From Acidobacteriota bacterium (lineage in GTDB: Bacteria; Acidobacteriota; JAAYUB01), in the NCBI GenBank assembly GCA_029565065.1, contig JAKQOW010000131.1, positions 6,901 to 70,900 on the forward strand: DNA of 64,000 nucleotides, in the 5' to 3' direction. The notes beneath the pieces were generated by a model, which was not told where the DNA came from, searched no databases, and saw only the letters and a list, made by a program, of their open reading frames with translations. Every line of letters begins with the position of its first letter. The first letter of the stretch is position 1. Positions 10,701 to 19,309 of this stretch are shown here, piece after piece. A program made the position numbers and the translations under genes.

Positions 10701-11118
10701 CGGACAGTGCCCCCTCGGTCCGGATCCAGCCGCTGAGCCGGTAGATGCGCCCCACGGTCAGTCGGATCGGTTCGGAAACGACCGTGACGCGTTCCGGGCG
10801 GGGACAGTCGATGAGGAGACTGGCCGTGCCGGCGTGCCGCACGGCGGCGCTTCGGGTGACCACCGCTGCCCCGGGCGAAGCCGGCTCGGTGACCTGCCAG
10901 CCGGCGGGTGTCGCGCCTCTGCCGGCGGTCTCGAACCCGGCGTTCGTCAAGGCCGGCGGCTGGGCGGCGGCCGGCAGCGCCGGCGGCGGAGCCGCCCACA
11001 GACTGGCGGCCAGCGCAATCACGGCGGCTCCGAGAGCCGGCGATATCCGGCGTGCGCGTCTCGGGCTCGGGTGCCGTTGCAGGGGGGGAGGAACCAGGCG
11101 TCGGTCGGGTTGCATCAT
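7774..11118 (-). CDS. Large secreted multidomain protein: N-terminal CBM-like beta-sandwich (NAGFE...GWQ) and a putative C45-like Ntn-hydrolase/acyltransferase region (tentative)
   Basis: The 1114-aa product has a signal peptide and an N-terminal CBM4/9-like motif (TNAGFETAG...GWQV). A central region (...DRNRCSSMVA...NDWTMADAKTDEGAVLLLGTHAS...) is reminiscent of the C45 peptidase/acyl-CoA:6-APA acyltransferase Ntn fold. The remainder is unassigned. The domain calls were made by eye only. Confidence 0.6.
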   Translation of the reverse strand: MMQPDRRLVPPPLQRHPSPRRARRISPALGAAVIALAASLWAAPPPALPAAAQPPALTNAGFETAGRGATPAGWQVTEPASPGAAVVTRSAAVRHAGTASLLIDCPRPERVTVVSEPIRLTVGRIYRLSGWIRTEGALSDPLSRYPTAVPATLSMLSFPFTNHAPAVGADSDWTAVSTVFIATKGVDRVQLHLGRNGTATGRAWFDELRLEEVTDIAEFIPLETVRWHGPAYRYDDQGWTFVHIEGEPYARGFQYGSLVADEIVQYLSKLAVQRHAQEPARGWQQLRFMADALFLRRFDEEFLLEMRGIADGAAAAGARYDGRPLDLVDLVTINAFIDLDSLEDALDRTPHALSGRKFLKPEEEMDVPADRNRCSSMVATRTATTDSRFVFNQLFMWNGYTGVHWNIIVDVQPSAGHRLVYQTFPGGIHSGADFYINAAGLVIGETTVGQTPFNAEGTPQANRIRKAAQYASSIDEACAILREHNNGMYTNDWTMADAKTDEGAVLLLGTHASRLWRTGTAAAVADTPGGLRDFIWANNNNRDPAVTREYIAHPENAPYDLAFGPWNRDVAFNEFYRRFGDGRIDSIAAANLAASSPINRAHACDAKVTTAEMAEQLVFLAHHGKATLRDKTVGGRWIPDLPGAQPHLALGWTAFSPVVITERLHAARALAPEPPARPVDPELDRQAIAGCLAYPREQLWHNTVMPATDAENWFVSGSAAYWRILRDFPEKAADVETQLRQIFGELNDRYLYLTAREGTLAPAAARRAYDRYTPYQVPRIKGIYLLHQLRLLLGNAAFARVMAAVHDQYADTPMTTAQFIATAGLAADRELTAFVRQWTDRDDLPDPRVTAAVSAPTDSGVELTVSVHQNGSPYHFITALAIRTGQQIRYEILEVDAPDQKFRFTLAEPPDAITFNPGFDIPVNREQYYTWSNFIDDFHDTWIIYGTTRQVEANHSAADRWALTLADAYAEILPPVHKDCELSAPDTAAHDLIVMGSPSDNALAASLAQSGRLPAAFGRNWFRWQDRVYTDPDDGLVLVLPNPFNPKRVLYLFAANSQLQLHAMTRRFQRDLGGWAVFKGDAVKAKGPHAEERFTIRFGKTDTAAVSPEDSTAP

Positions 11119-11140
11119 GTCGCTCCTTCAGGAACTGGGG

Positions 11141-11734
11141 TCAGATCGTGGTGGTGGCGGCCAGCCGCCGGATTTCCGCGTGTCGGTAGCAGCTCACCAG
11201 GTGGTCGTTCACCATGCCGGTTGCCTGCATGTGGGAATAGACGACGACAGGACCCGCGAAGCGGAAGCCGAGCCGGCGCATCTCCCGGCTGATCGTCGCG
11301 GCCAACGGCGTCTGGGCGGGTACTTCCCGGAGCTCCCGCCATCGGTTGACGACGGGACGGCCGTCGGTGAACGACCAGATCCACCGGTCGAAGCTGCCGT
11401 GGGCCGCCTGCACCTCGAGGAACACCCGGGCGTTGACGATGGCCGCGTCCACCTTCAGCCGGTTGCGGACGATGCCGGCGTCCGCCAGCAGCCGCCGCCG
11501 GTCCCGTCCGTCGAAGCGAGCCACCCGCTTTGGATCGAAGCCGGCGAAAGCGCGCCGGAAATTGTCCCGCTTCTTCAGGATGGTCAACCAGCTCAGGCCG
11601 GCCTGAAAGGTCTCCAGGACAAGAAACTCGAACAGTCCGCGGTCATCATGCAGGGGGACGCCCCACTCCAGGTCGTGGTATGCTAGGTACAGCGGATCAC
11701 CCAGACACCAGGCGCAACGCGGTTTGTCGTTCAC
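11141..11734 (-). CDS. tag: DNA-3-methyladenine glycosylase I
   Basis: The product begins RCAWCLGDPLYLAYHDLEWGVPLHDDRGLFEFLVLETFQAGLSWLTILKKRDNFRRAF, the canonical Tag family pattern, including Zn-binding Cys/His near the N and C termini. The start codon is GTG. Confidence 0.9.
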   Translation of the reverse strand: MNDKPRCAWCLGDPLYLAYHDLEWGVPLHDDRGLFEFLVLETFQAGLSWLTILKKRDNFRRAFAGFDPKRVARFDGRDRRRLLADAGIVRNRLKVDAAIVNARVFLEVQAAHGSFDRWIWSFTDGRPVVNRWRELREVPAQTPLAATISREMRRLGFRFAGPVVVYSHMQATGMVNDHLVSCYRHAEIRRLAATTTI

Positions 11735-11883
11735 TGGCGCTCCTGCCGCCCGGATCCGTGCCGGCCGGGCGGGTCGTCTGGCAGTATACGATATCCGGAT
11801 GAAAAGTTCTGCCGCGGCCGTCTATTCCGGTCGGGAATCCGGGTGGCGGATCAGGATCTGTATTTCGAGTCAAAGGAGGCCAT

Positions 11884-13221
11884 ATGAAAACTGTGCGGGC
11901 TCTAGCCGTCTGTGTCGGGATGATCGCCCTGTTGGGGATGATGGCGCCGGTCCACGGCGGCGTGGACACGCTGCTGAACCCGGCTGGCGGCAAGGTCTGG
12001 TTCGTCTCGGCCAAGACCGGCAGCAACAGCAACCCGGGAACGCAGGCGCAGCCGTTCAAGGACATCGACAAGGCGATCAAGGTCGCCCAGACCGGCGACA
12101 CGGTGGCCGTCGCCGAGGGTGTCTACAGCGGCACTTTCAACATCGGCTACATGGAAATCGACAAGCCGCTCAAACTGTACGGCAGCTTCGCCCAGGATTT
12201 CTCGGCACGCGACATCCGGCGCACGCCCACCCTGTTCCAGCCCGACAACGCCAGCGCGGGGAATGCCCGGAAGGCCGTGCTCACCTTCACGCGCGAGATT
12301 GACGGCGCGGTGGTGGACGGATTCGTCTTCGACATGGGCCTCCGGAACGCCTACTCGCCGGTCGAGGGAAAACCGGCCGGGTGCGAGACGGGGATGCTGT
12401 TGCTACCGCCGGAAAAGGGGCCCGCGGCCAACGCCACGGTGACGGAGCCCATCCTGTCGGTGCCCAGCGCGGCCAACGGCGGCGAGCTGCTCATCCAGAA
12501 CAACGCGTTCATCAACGGCGCCAGTTTCGGCGTGCAGATCGGCCTGCGCAGCGGGACCTGCCGCATTCTCAACAACGTGTTCGTGGCCAACCGCATGGCG
12601 GCCATCGAGGTGTACGGCACCTGCCGGAGCACCGGCGGCCCCAAGACGCTGAGCTTGTGCGGCCAGGTGGAGATCGCCCACAACACCATCCTGTTCAGCT
12701 GGAGCCGGCTCAAGGATTTCAAGGACATGGGCTACGGCGTGCGGGTGATGACCAAGCTCGAGTACAACATCCACCACAACATCATCGGCGGGAACATCCA
12801 GGGCGGCGTGGACCACACCCGGTTCAACAAGAACGAGTGGGTGCGGATGGACGACAACGTGTTCTTCGTCAACAAGACGGCGGACCTGTCGTTCAGCCCG
12901 GCCAGCAACACCATGCTGGATCTCCGGGTTAACCAGTTCGGTGATCTGGAGTTCGCCAGCGCCCGCGGCAACCGGGAGGAAATCCCCAAGACGCTCCCGG
13001 TGGACAAGAGCTACCTGGAGGGTTATCTCAGTGCGCGGTATTCGGAGCAGGCGGACTTCGACCGGAATTCGCCTGCCAACCAGTGGCGCTCCATCCTGGG
13101 TCTCAACCTGCAAGGCAAGCTGACCACGAAGGTCTCGATGTTCGGGAACCGGTACGCCTGGCAGAAGGCGCTGGAGCTGTTCGGCGCGGTGCCCGGTGTG
13201 GGAGCCCAGTCATTCCGCTGA
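11884..13221 (+). CDS. Secreted right-handed parallel beta-helix repeat protein (pectin-lyase-fold)
   Basis: It has an AGGAGG RBS and a signal peptide. Repeated N-x-F/I-x-G-N / NN-x-F turns (IQNNAFINGA, ILNNVFVAN, HNTILFS, HHNIIGGN) are typical of PbH1 repeats. Confidence 0.7.
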   Translation: MKTVRALAVCVGMIALLGMMAPVHGGVDTLLNPAGGKVWFVSAKTGSNSNPGTQAQPFKDIDKAIKVAQTGDTVAVAEGVYSGTFNIGYMEIDKPLKLYGSFAQDFSARDIRRTPTLFQPDNASAGNARKAVLTFTREIDGAVVDGFVFDMGLRNAYSPVEGKPAGCETGMLLLPPEKGPAANATVTEPILSVPSAANGGELLIQNNAFINGASFGVQIGLRSGTCRILNNVFVANRMAAIEVYGTCRSTGGPKTLSLCGQVEIAHNTILFSWSRLKDFKDMGYGVRVMTKLEYNIHHNIIGGNIQGGVDHTRFNKNEWVRMDDNVFFVNKTADLSFSPASNTMLDLRVNQFGDLEFASARGNREEIPKTLPVDKSYLEGYLSARYSEQADFDRNSPANQWRSILGLNLQGKLTTKVSMFGNRYAWQKALELFGAVPGVGAQSFR

Positions 13222-13263
13222 TCGTGGCGGCCGGCCGGCGGACGGTCGGACAGGCCGTCCGCC

Positions 13264-14040
13264 TCAGGCCGGCGGCGATGGCTTTCGGGCCACCAGCAGG
13301 AGCTGGTCCGATTGGCCGGGATCGAAGGGGCGGCCGTCGTAGCCGTTCCAGCGCGCCGCCTCTTCGAACCCCGCGGCGGCCGCCATCCCGGCCAGGCTGT
13401 CGGGACCGAGGGGGCGCTGGGCGGCGGTGAGCACCTGGGTGTCCGCCCGGCCGTCATCGGCGCGGCTCACCGTGACCAGGTGCAGATCGATGACGGACTC
13501 GTGGTGGTGAAACACCCGGAGGGTGGTGACGGGGCGTCCGTCCAACTCCACGATAATCGCCGGCATGATCTTCAATCCCGCGGCGGCCACGCGGTCCCAG
13601 TTGAACACGTGCACCACCGCGATCCCGCCGGGGCGCAGCACGCGGTGCATGGCGCGCCATGCCGCCGCCACGTCGTCGTCGGTGGGCGCCAGGGTGAGGG
13701 AGTTGCCGATGCACAGGACGGCGTCGAAGGCCGCCGCCGGACCGAACGCCGCGTCCAGGCCGGTGAACGAGGCGGTTCGGAAATCGGCGGCAACGCCGGC
13801 GGCGCGGGCGTTGGTCCGGGCGGCCTCGATCATTCGCGGGGACAGGTCGGAGCCGCAGGCCTGGTATCCCCACTGGCTGAGGGCGATCACGTGCCGCCCG
13901 GTGCCGCAGGCGCAGTCGAGCACCGTCTGGACGCCCGCCCCTTCGAACAGGCGGCGCAGAAACGGCCCCTCCTTGGCCAGGCGGGTCTCCCAAGGGAACA
14001 TCCGGTCATAGATTGTCGAGAACTCGTTGAACACGGTCAT
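13264..14040 (-). CDS. Class I SAM-dependent methyltransferase
   Basis: Motif I VLDCACGTGRH is present, followed by acidic motif II and motif III (GGIAVVHVFNW). The true start is ATG at 14040 (MTVFNEF...) with a GGAG RBS. The track ORF extends upstream artefactually. Confidence 0.8.
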   Translation of the reverse strand: MTVFNEFSTIYDRMFPWETRLAKEGPFLRRLFEGAGVQTVLDCACGTGRHVIALSQWGYQACGSDLSPRMIEAARTNARAAGVAADFRTASFTGLDAAFGPAAAFDAVLCIGNSLTLAPTDDDVAAAWRAMHRVLRPGGIAVVHVFNWDRVAAAGLKIMPAIIVELDGRPVTTLRVFHHHESVIDLHLVTVSRADDGRADTQVLTAAQRPLGPDSLAGMAAAAGFEEAARWNGYDGRPFDPGQSDQLLLVARKPSPPA

Positions 14041-14131
14041 GGATTTCTCCTGACGGGGAAGCGTTCGCCAGCCGGTGTGAACGCCGGCCTGTCCCTCGTG
14101 GTTTGGGATAGGCAGAGTCGATGGCTCTGCA

Positions 14132-15346
14132 TCATGGTTGTCCGTTTCCGCCGGTTTTGATGTAGGCTTCATGACGGTTCCGGAAGATGACCTTGCAGCG
14201 GGCACAATCCCGATAGAAATGTCCGCTGAACAGACCGTCCCGATACCGCCAGGCCTCCTCGCTGTTCCAGATGGCGGGAAAGTCCTCCGCCAGCAGATTG
14301 CCGATCCGGGTCTCGCCCTCGCAGCAGAAGAACACGTCACCGTTCTCGAAAACCTGGACCTGCCGCCAGGGGTAATGGCAGGGCAGACTCATGTCGCGGC
14401 GGGGCGGCCGCCCGATGAACCGGCGGCCGTACGCCCCGATGAACCGGATCAGGCGCTCGCGGAAGAGCCGCGGATCGTCGCGGAGCATCCGCCCCGCCCG
14501 AACCACCAGCGGCGGCCGCCGCCGAAGCGGGCGCAGCTTCTGCGTCAGCCGGTGCGCGCCCCAATTGCCGCTGACGCGGGTGTTGAGCTCCGGCCACATC
14601 TCGCATTCAACGGGGATGCCGACGGTGTGGGCCGCCCGGACCTGCTCGCGCGCCAGACGGGTCAAGTCGGGATCCTGGAGGATCGATTCGGTCTGCAGTT
14701 CCCGGCTGAACACCCAGAGGCTCTTGTATTGGATCCGTGAAGCATCCAGTTCGCGGGCCAGGCGGGCCGCCGGGACGATGTCATCCAGGTTGCGCCGCAT
14801 GACGATGAATCCGATGACCAGCGTCTCCGGTTTGCCCATCTCCCGGCGCACTTCGCGGATGAAATCCAGATTGCGGCGGATCAGCGGGAACCGGCTGCCG
14901 GTCATGACCCGGTCGTAGCTGCCCACGCCGTTGAGCGAGATGTGTACCTCATTGAAAAACGGCAGCAGGCGGGCGGTGTGCTCCCGGCTGGAGAAACAGG
15001 TGCCGTTGGTGAACGTGAGGAGGTAGGCGTCGCGGTGCCACTCCCGGATTTGCGCCAGCCGGTCCAGGATCCGCCCGGCGAACAAGGGCTCGCCGCATCC
15101 GCCCAGGTTGATGATATCGGCCCGGGCGACGAGCGGCTGCAGCCAGTTGAACACCTCATCCGGCATGTCGGTGAAGGTGGCTGGATCGACTGTCGAACCC
15201 TCCATGTGGGCGTTGCACATGAAGCAGCGCAGGTTGCAGCGGCTGGTGAGATCGAGGATCAGCGAACGGGGATATTCCTCCGGCCTGGGGGTCTGGTGCC
15301 CGCCGGAGCCCGCCCGCTGCGCCTCGTGTCTGAAAGAGGGATTCAT
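14132..15346 (-). CDS. Radical SAM protein with C-terminal SPASM/twitch-type auxiliary cluster domain
   Basis: It has a CxxxCxxC radical-SAM motif (CNLRCFMC) near the N-terminus. It has a C-terminal Cys-rich segment (CHYPW...FFCCEGE...CARC) typical of SPASM domains. It is translationally coupled to the upstream B12-rSAM gene (4-nt overlap). Confidence 0.85.
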   Translation of the reverse strand: MNPSFRHEAQRAGSGGHQTPRPEEYPRSLILDLTSRCNLRCFMCNAHMEGSTVDPATFTDMPDEVFNWLQPLVARADIINLGGCGEPLFAGRILDRLAQIREWHRDAYLLTFTNGTCFSSREHTARLLPFFNEVHISLNGVGSYDRVMTGSRFPLIRRNLDFIREVRREMGKPETLVIGFIVMRRNLDDIVPAARLARELDASRIQYKSLWVFSRELQTESILQDPDLTRLAREQVRAAHTVGIPVECEMWPELNTRVSGNWGAHRLTQKLRPLRRRPPLVVRAGRMLRDDPRLFRERLIRFIGAYGRRFIGRPPRRDMSLPCHYPWRQVQVFENGDVFFCCEGETRIGNLLAEDFPAIWNSEEAWRYRDGLFSGHFYRDCARCKVIFRNRHEAYIKTGGNGQP

Positions 15347-16899
15347 CGCCGCAGGCTCTCCCGGGCGGCTTCAGACGGTCGCGCGAGCGCCGGCACGAAG
15401 AACGGCGCGTGGTTGGAAGTGAACTCGGGCGGCGTCCGGCGCAATATCTCCGCGATGGCCGGCTGCCGGTTGAACTCCCGATCCAGAAATCTCCGGACCG
15501 CCAGGCGGTCCCAGCCCAGCGGATGCCGATAATCTTCGTACAGCGACAGGTCGCCGTCGGAAAACGGCCGGGTGTCCAGCGCGGCCGCCTCATCGCACCC
15601 GCGCGGCAGGTTGAAGATGGACACGTTCAAGAAGCCGATCGCCGCCGCGTGCGCGGCCGCGAAATCCAGCGTGCGCCGGGCGGCCGGCTCCGCCTCCCAC
15701 GGCGTGCCGAACAGCAGGTAAACGTACGTCCCGATCCCCGCCTCGCGCAACCGGTGCAAGGTCAAGCCGGCCGCCGCCAGGTCGATGCCCTTGCGCATCC
15801 GGGCCAGGACGTCCGGGTCGCCGGACTCCAGCCCCAGTTGCAGCATCCGGCAACCCGACCGTCGCAGCGCGCGGCAGAAATCCGGCTCAGCCAGCTCGGG
15901 GGTGAAGCGCGCGAATCCGTACCACGGCGCACCCGGCGGATCGGCGATGAGGGCGCGGAGCGCCGCCGGGCTCAGCGCGTTGTCCAGCAGGTGGACGAGC
16001 GCCGGCCGGTATCGGGCGGCCGACTCGCGCAGGCGCGCCGCCGCGTCTGCAGGAGTCCAGGCGAGGTACCGCCGGTCCTCGGTGCGCTCGGAGCAGAAGG
16101 CGCAGCGGTTCCAGTAGCAGCCTTCCGAAAAGCTGATGCCCAGAATAAGGCCCGGCGCGAGGTATTCCTCCCCGCGGAACGGATTGAAATCCGGCACGGG
16201 AAAATCGTCCGGCTCGCCCGGCAGCTCCGCCGCCCGGAGCAGCGGGCGCTCGCCGGCGCCGGCGATCCATTCGTCAGCCAGGTCGCGGAACGGATCGGCC
16301 CACCCCGGCCTACCCAGCCATGAGCTCACCAGGCCGCCGCCCACGAGGATGCGCACACCGGGGTGGTCGCGGCGGAGAATCCCCAGCAGGGCGAACGCGC
16401 TCAGGGCCTGGTTTAGAAAATTGATGGAGAGGCCGACGATCCGCGGCGCGGTCCCGGACAGCGCGCGGTCGAGGCGCTCGCGGAAAAAGGCGCACAACGG
16501 GTGGTGCTCGGGCGCGGCGGCCTGGGCGATCAGATCGGCGCTTCGCAACGGCGACCGGGCCGGATCCGTGTAGTCGGCCAGGCGGATGCCTACGCCGGCG
16601 GCGTCGCCGTGGGCCTCCAGGAGCCGGCTCAAACCGCGGACCGCGGTGGTGTAGGTGTCCAGGCGCCGGTACGTCGTCGCGTCGCGGATCGCCGCCAGGT
16701 TGCGGTTCCGCTGCTTCACGGCCCGCCGCGTCCAGGTGTCGCCGGCCGGTGGATCCGCGCCGATGAGGTGCAGTTGCGCGTCCAGGTTGAGGTCCAGCAC
16801 CGCCGCGCGTCCGCCGGCGGCGGCGACCGCCCCGGCCAGGCGGGCGAGCCCGGCGGGCGGCTCGGACGCCTTGGTGAAGGGCGGATGAATGAGCAGCAT
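15343..16899 (-). CDS. B12-binding-domain radical SAM enzyme (class B rSAM, methyltransferase-like)
   Basis: An N-terminal cobalamin-binding Rossmann-like region is followed by the radical SAM core with CYWNRCAFC. The 518-aa length is typical of class B rSAMs. Confidence 0.85.
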   Translation of the reverse strand: MLLIHPPFTKASEPPAGLARLAGAVAAAGGRAAVLDLNLDAQLHLIGADPPAGDTWTRRAVKQRNRNLAAIRDATTYRRLDTYTTAVRGLSRLLEAHGDAAGVGIRLADYTDPARSPLRSADLIAQAAAPEHHPLCAFFRERLDRALSGTAPRIVGLSINFLNQALSAFALLGILRRDHPGVRILVGGGLVSSWLGRPGWADPFRDLADEWIAGAGERPLLRAAELPGEPDDFPVPDFNPFRGEEYLAPGLILGISFSEGCYWNRCAFCSERTEDRRYLAWTPADAAARLRESAARYRPALVHLLDNALSPAALRALIADPPGAPWYGFARFTPELAEPDFCRALRRSGCRMLQLGLESGDPDVLARMRKGIDLAAAGLTLHRLREAGIGTYVYLLFGTPWEAEPAARRTLDFAAAHAAAIGFLNVSIFNLPRGCDEAAALDTRPFSDGDLSLYEDYRHPLGWDRLAVRRFLDREFNRQPAIAEILRRTPPEFTSNHAPFFVPALARPSEAARESLRR

Positions 16900-17105
16900 G
16901 CGATGACCTCACGGCGCCGGACGGGGTCAGCGGGCGCCCGGACCGGGGATGACTACGGGGGCATTGTAGCAGAGTCGTTCGAGCCGGTGAAGCTCGCCGC
17001 GCCTCTCGGGTGTCGCCGGGATCATCCAGTGATGAGTTGACCGGCGCAGAGCCGGACTCTACAATCAGCACCATGACGGATCCAGCCAGTTTCACAGGAG
17101 GCGAC

Positions 17106-18650
17106 ATGCAGCGAGGGAGCCACCGCCGATTAGCCCGGTTCTATGTGATCGGAATCATCCTGATCCAGTTGGCGTGGGCGGCCGCGCGCTGTCCGGCCGC
17201 GCAGACAACCGGCGCCTCATCCGCCGCGGACCAGCTCGTCGCCCTGACGCACCGCATCGGAAGCGACGAGCTGATGGGAACCGTACGGGAGCTGTGCGAC
17301 CCGAAGTATGACGGCCGGCTCACGGGCACGCCCGGCTACGACGCGGCGGCCGAATGGGTGATCGACCGCTTGCGTACGTGGGGCTACCGGCCCGGCGGCG
17401 AGGACGGGCGGTGGACGCAGGATTTTCACAACCCATACACGCAGGTCATGGCGCACGGTGCGCTGGCGCTGCGGCTGCCCGCCGGCGCCGACGGTTGGAT
17501 CGAGAAAGCATACCGGTACGAGGACGAATACTACCCCGGGGCGACCTCCGGCACCGGCGAGGTCACCGCGGAGGTGATCTACGCGGGCTACGGCATCACC
17601 GCGCCGGAGCTCGGCTACGACGACTACGCCGGGGTGGACGTGCGGGGCAAGATTGTGCTCGTGGATGTTGAAGCGCCCGTGGCTCCGGACGCCGGCGCCG
17701 ACGCGTTCCTGAAGTGGCGGCCCTACAGCTTCCACCAGTACAAGGTGGCCAATGCGTGGAACCACGGCGCCGCGGGGATGCTCTACCACTATCACATCGT
17801 CAACCCAAACTGCGCCTATATTCCCGGGCTCGGCTTGACCTATGTGAGCCGCGCGGTGGTGGACGACCTGTTCGCTGGGACCGGCCGGGACTGGAAGGGC
17901 ACAGTGGCGGGCATCCGTAAAAACTTGCAGCCGGCTTCATTCGCAACAGGCAAGACGGTCCGAATGAGCAACCGCACCGAGCACCATTCGGCGGGCGTCG
18001 GCCGCACGGTGATCGGCTTTCTGGAGGGCGCCGACCCGGTGCGGCGTCATGAGACGATCGTGGTGGCGGCCCACCTGGATTTCCTGGGTCGCAACCCCGC
18101 GCTGCTGGTGGGCGCCAACGACAACGCCTCGGGCGTGGCGGTGGTGATGGCCGTGGCTCGGGCGCTGGCGCAGTCGCCGGTGCCGCCCGGCCGCTCGGTG
18201 GCGTTCGTCTTTTTCGGGGCGGAAGAGCAGGGCGTGCGGGGATCGGAATTCTACCTGGAGCAGCCGCTGTTCCCGCTGGCGCAGACCGTGGCGTGTTTGA
18301 ATTTCGACGGCGTGGGCGTCGGCGAGGAGATCCGCGTGCTCGCCGGTCTGAATTTTCCGAAACTGTGGGACTATTTCGACCGGGCCAACGGGCGCTGGGT
18401 GCACCGGACCTGCGAGCCCTCGCAGACGGCGAACCTGGGACGTCAGCGCCTGGATGCCGCGCACTTCCTGAAGGCGGGGATTCCCACGCTCTCCTTCAGC
18501 ACCGGCGGCGGGCCCGAAGGCGGCCCCCCCACCTACCACACCACCCGTGACCGGCCGGAGATTCTGAATCCGGAGATCATGGAAGACCTGGCGCGGATCG
18601 TTTTTCGCGGACTCGTGGAGCTGGCGGCGGACGACCGGCCGCTGCACTGA
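17106..18650 (+). CDS. M28 family metallopeptidase with PA (protease-associated) domain, secreted
   Basis: It has a GGAGG RBS before the ATG at 17106 and a signal peptide. The PA insert carries VRGKIVLVD. The M28 metal-binding pattern is HLDF...NDNASG...EEQG...H. The track ORF starts earlier at 17010. Confidence 0.85.
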   Translation: MQRGSHRRLARFYVIGIILIQLAWAAARCPAAQTTGASSAADQLVALTHRIGSDELMGTVRELCDPKYDGRLTGTPGYDAAAEWVIDRLRTWGYRPGGEDGRWTQDFHNPYTQVMAHGALALRLPAGADGWIEKAYRYEDEYYPGATSGTGEVTAEVIYAGYGITAPELGYDDYAGVDVRGKIVLVDVEAPVAPDAGADAFLKWRPYSFHQYKVANAWNHGAAGMLYHYHIVNPNCAYIPGLGLTYVSRAVVDDLFAGTGRDWKGTVAGIRKNLQPASFATGKTVRMSNRTEHHSAGVGRTVIGFLEGADPVRRHETIVVAAHLDFLGRNPALLVGANDNASGVAVVMAVARALAQSPVPPGRSVAFVFFGAEEQGVRGSEFYLEQPLFPLAQTVACLNFDGVGVGEEIRVLAGLNFPKLWDYFDRANGRWVHRTCEPSQTANLGRQRLDAAHFLKAGIPTLSFSTGGGPEGGPPTYHTTRDRPEILNPEIMEDLARIVFRGLVELAADDRPLH

Positions 18651-18695
18651 CCGGCGGCGTGAACGCCGGCAGGATCCGTTTGTGGTCAAGGCAAC

Positions 18696-19205
18696 ATGAC
18701 GAACTGGTTCACCTGGTATGACCTGGCGGTGCCCGTGGTTCTGGCGCTGGCGCTGGGCGGCGGCTTCGTCGCGGCCGAACGGTGGCCGCCTCTCCGGGCG
18801 GCGTACTATCGCTCCATCCGCTGGCTCCTGGCGCCCGTCGTGGCGATGTCGGGGCTCCTGACGCGTTGGGAACGGCGTCTCCGCCCGCCGCGGTGGAAGC
18901 TGTCCGGCGGATGCAACCGGTGCGGCGAATGCTGCGAACTGCTCGCGGTGAGCATCACCCCGTCACTGGCGCGGCATCCGGCCGCCGTCCGGTTCGTGCA
19001 GCGGTTCCATGAGGTGAACTACGAATTCGTCTATGAGGGGTACGAGGCGGGGAAGGGCCTGCTGTTCGGGTGTCCCCACCTCGGGCCCGACCGGCTCTGC
19101 CGGATCTACGATCGCCGGCCGCGGCTGTGCCGCGAATACCCGTCGGCGTACGCGGCCTTTCCGCCGGACCTGCCGTCTGCTTGCGGCTTCCGCTTGGAGG
19201 AATGA
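18696..19205 (+). CDS. YkgJ-family Cys-cluster (CxxCxxCC) zinc/iron-chelating domain protein
   Basis: The CNRCGECCE motif is present, plus downstream GCPHL...LCRIYDRRPRLCREYP, typical of the UPF0153/YkgJ family. Confidence 0.75.
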   Translation: MTNWFTWYDLAVPVVLALALGGGFVAAERWPPLRAAYYRSIRWLLAPVVAMSGLLTRWERRLRPPRWKLSGGCNRCGECCELLAVSITPSLARHPAAVRFVQRFHEVNYEFVYEGYEAGKGLLFGCPHLGPDRLCRIYDRRPRLCREYPSAYAAFPPDLPSACGFRLEE

Positions 19206-19309
19206 TCAATCCACCCGTCCGGGCGCACATCTAACAGCCTGCGGACCGGCTGTGGAAACATTGAGGGCCGGTCCTTCGTTTATAGTGGTGAGCGGCCGGG
19301 AGACGCCCC

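Noticed and set aside
14041-14131. 32-aa ORF (MMQSHRLCLS...) in the gap between the SPASM rSAM and the methyltransferase, as a candidate RiPP precursor
   Set aside because: It overlaps the rSAM stop and has no RBS or Cys/Gly-rich core. It is more simply the methyltransferase 5'-UTR with its GGAG RBS.
13264-14340. Extended 358-aa version of the methyltransferase ORF
   Set aside because: The N-terminal 100 aa are low-complexity and overlap the upstream gene's 3' end. A good ATG with an RBS at 14040 gives a canonical-length methyltransferase.
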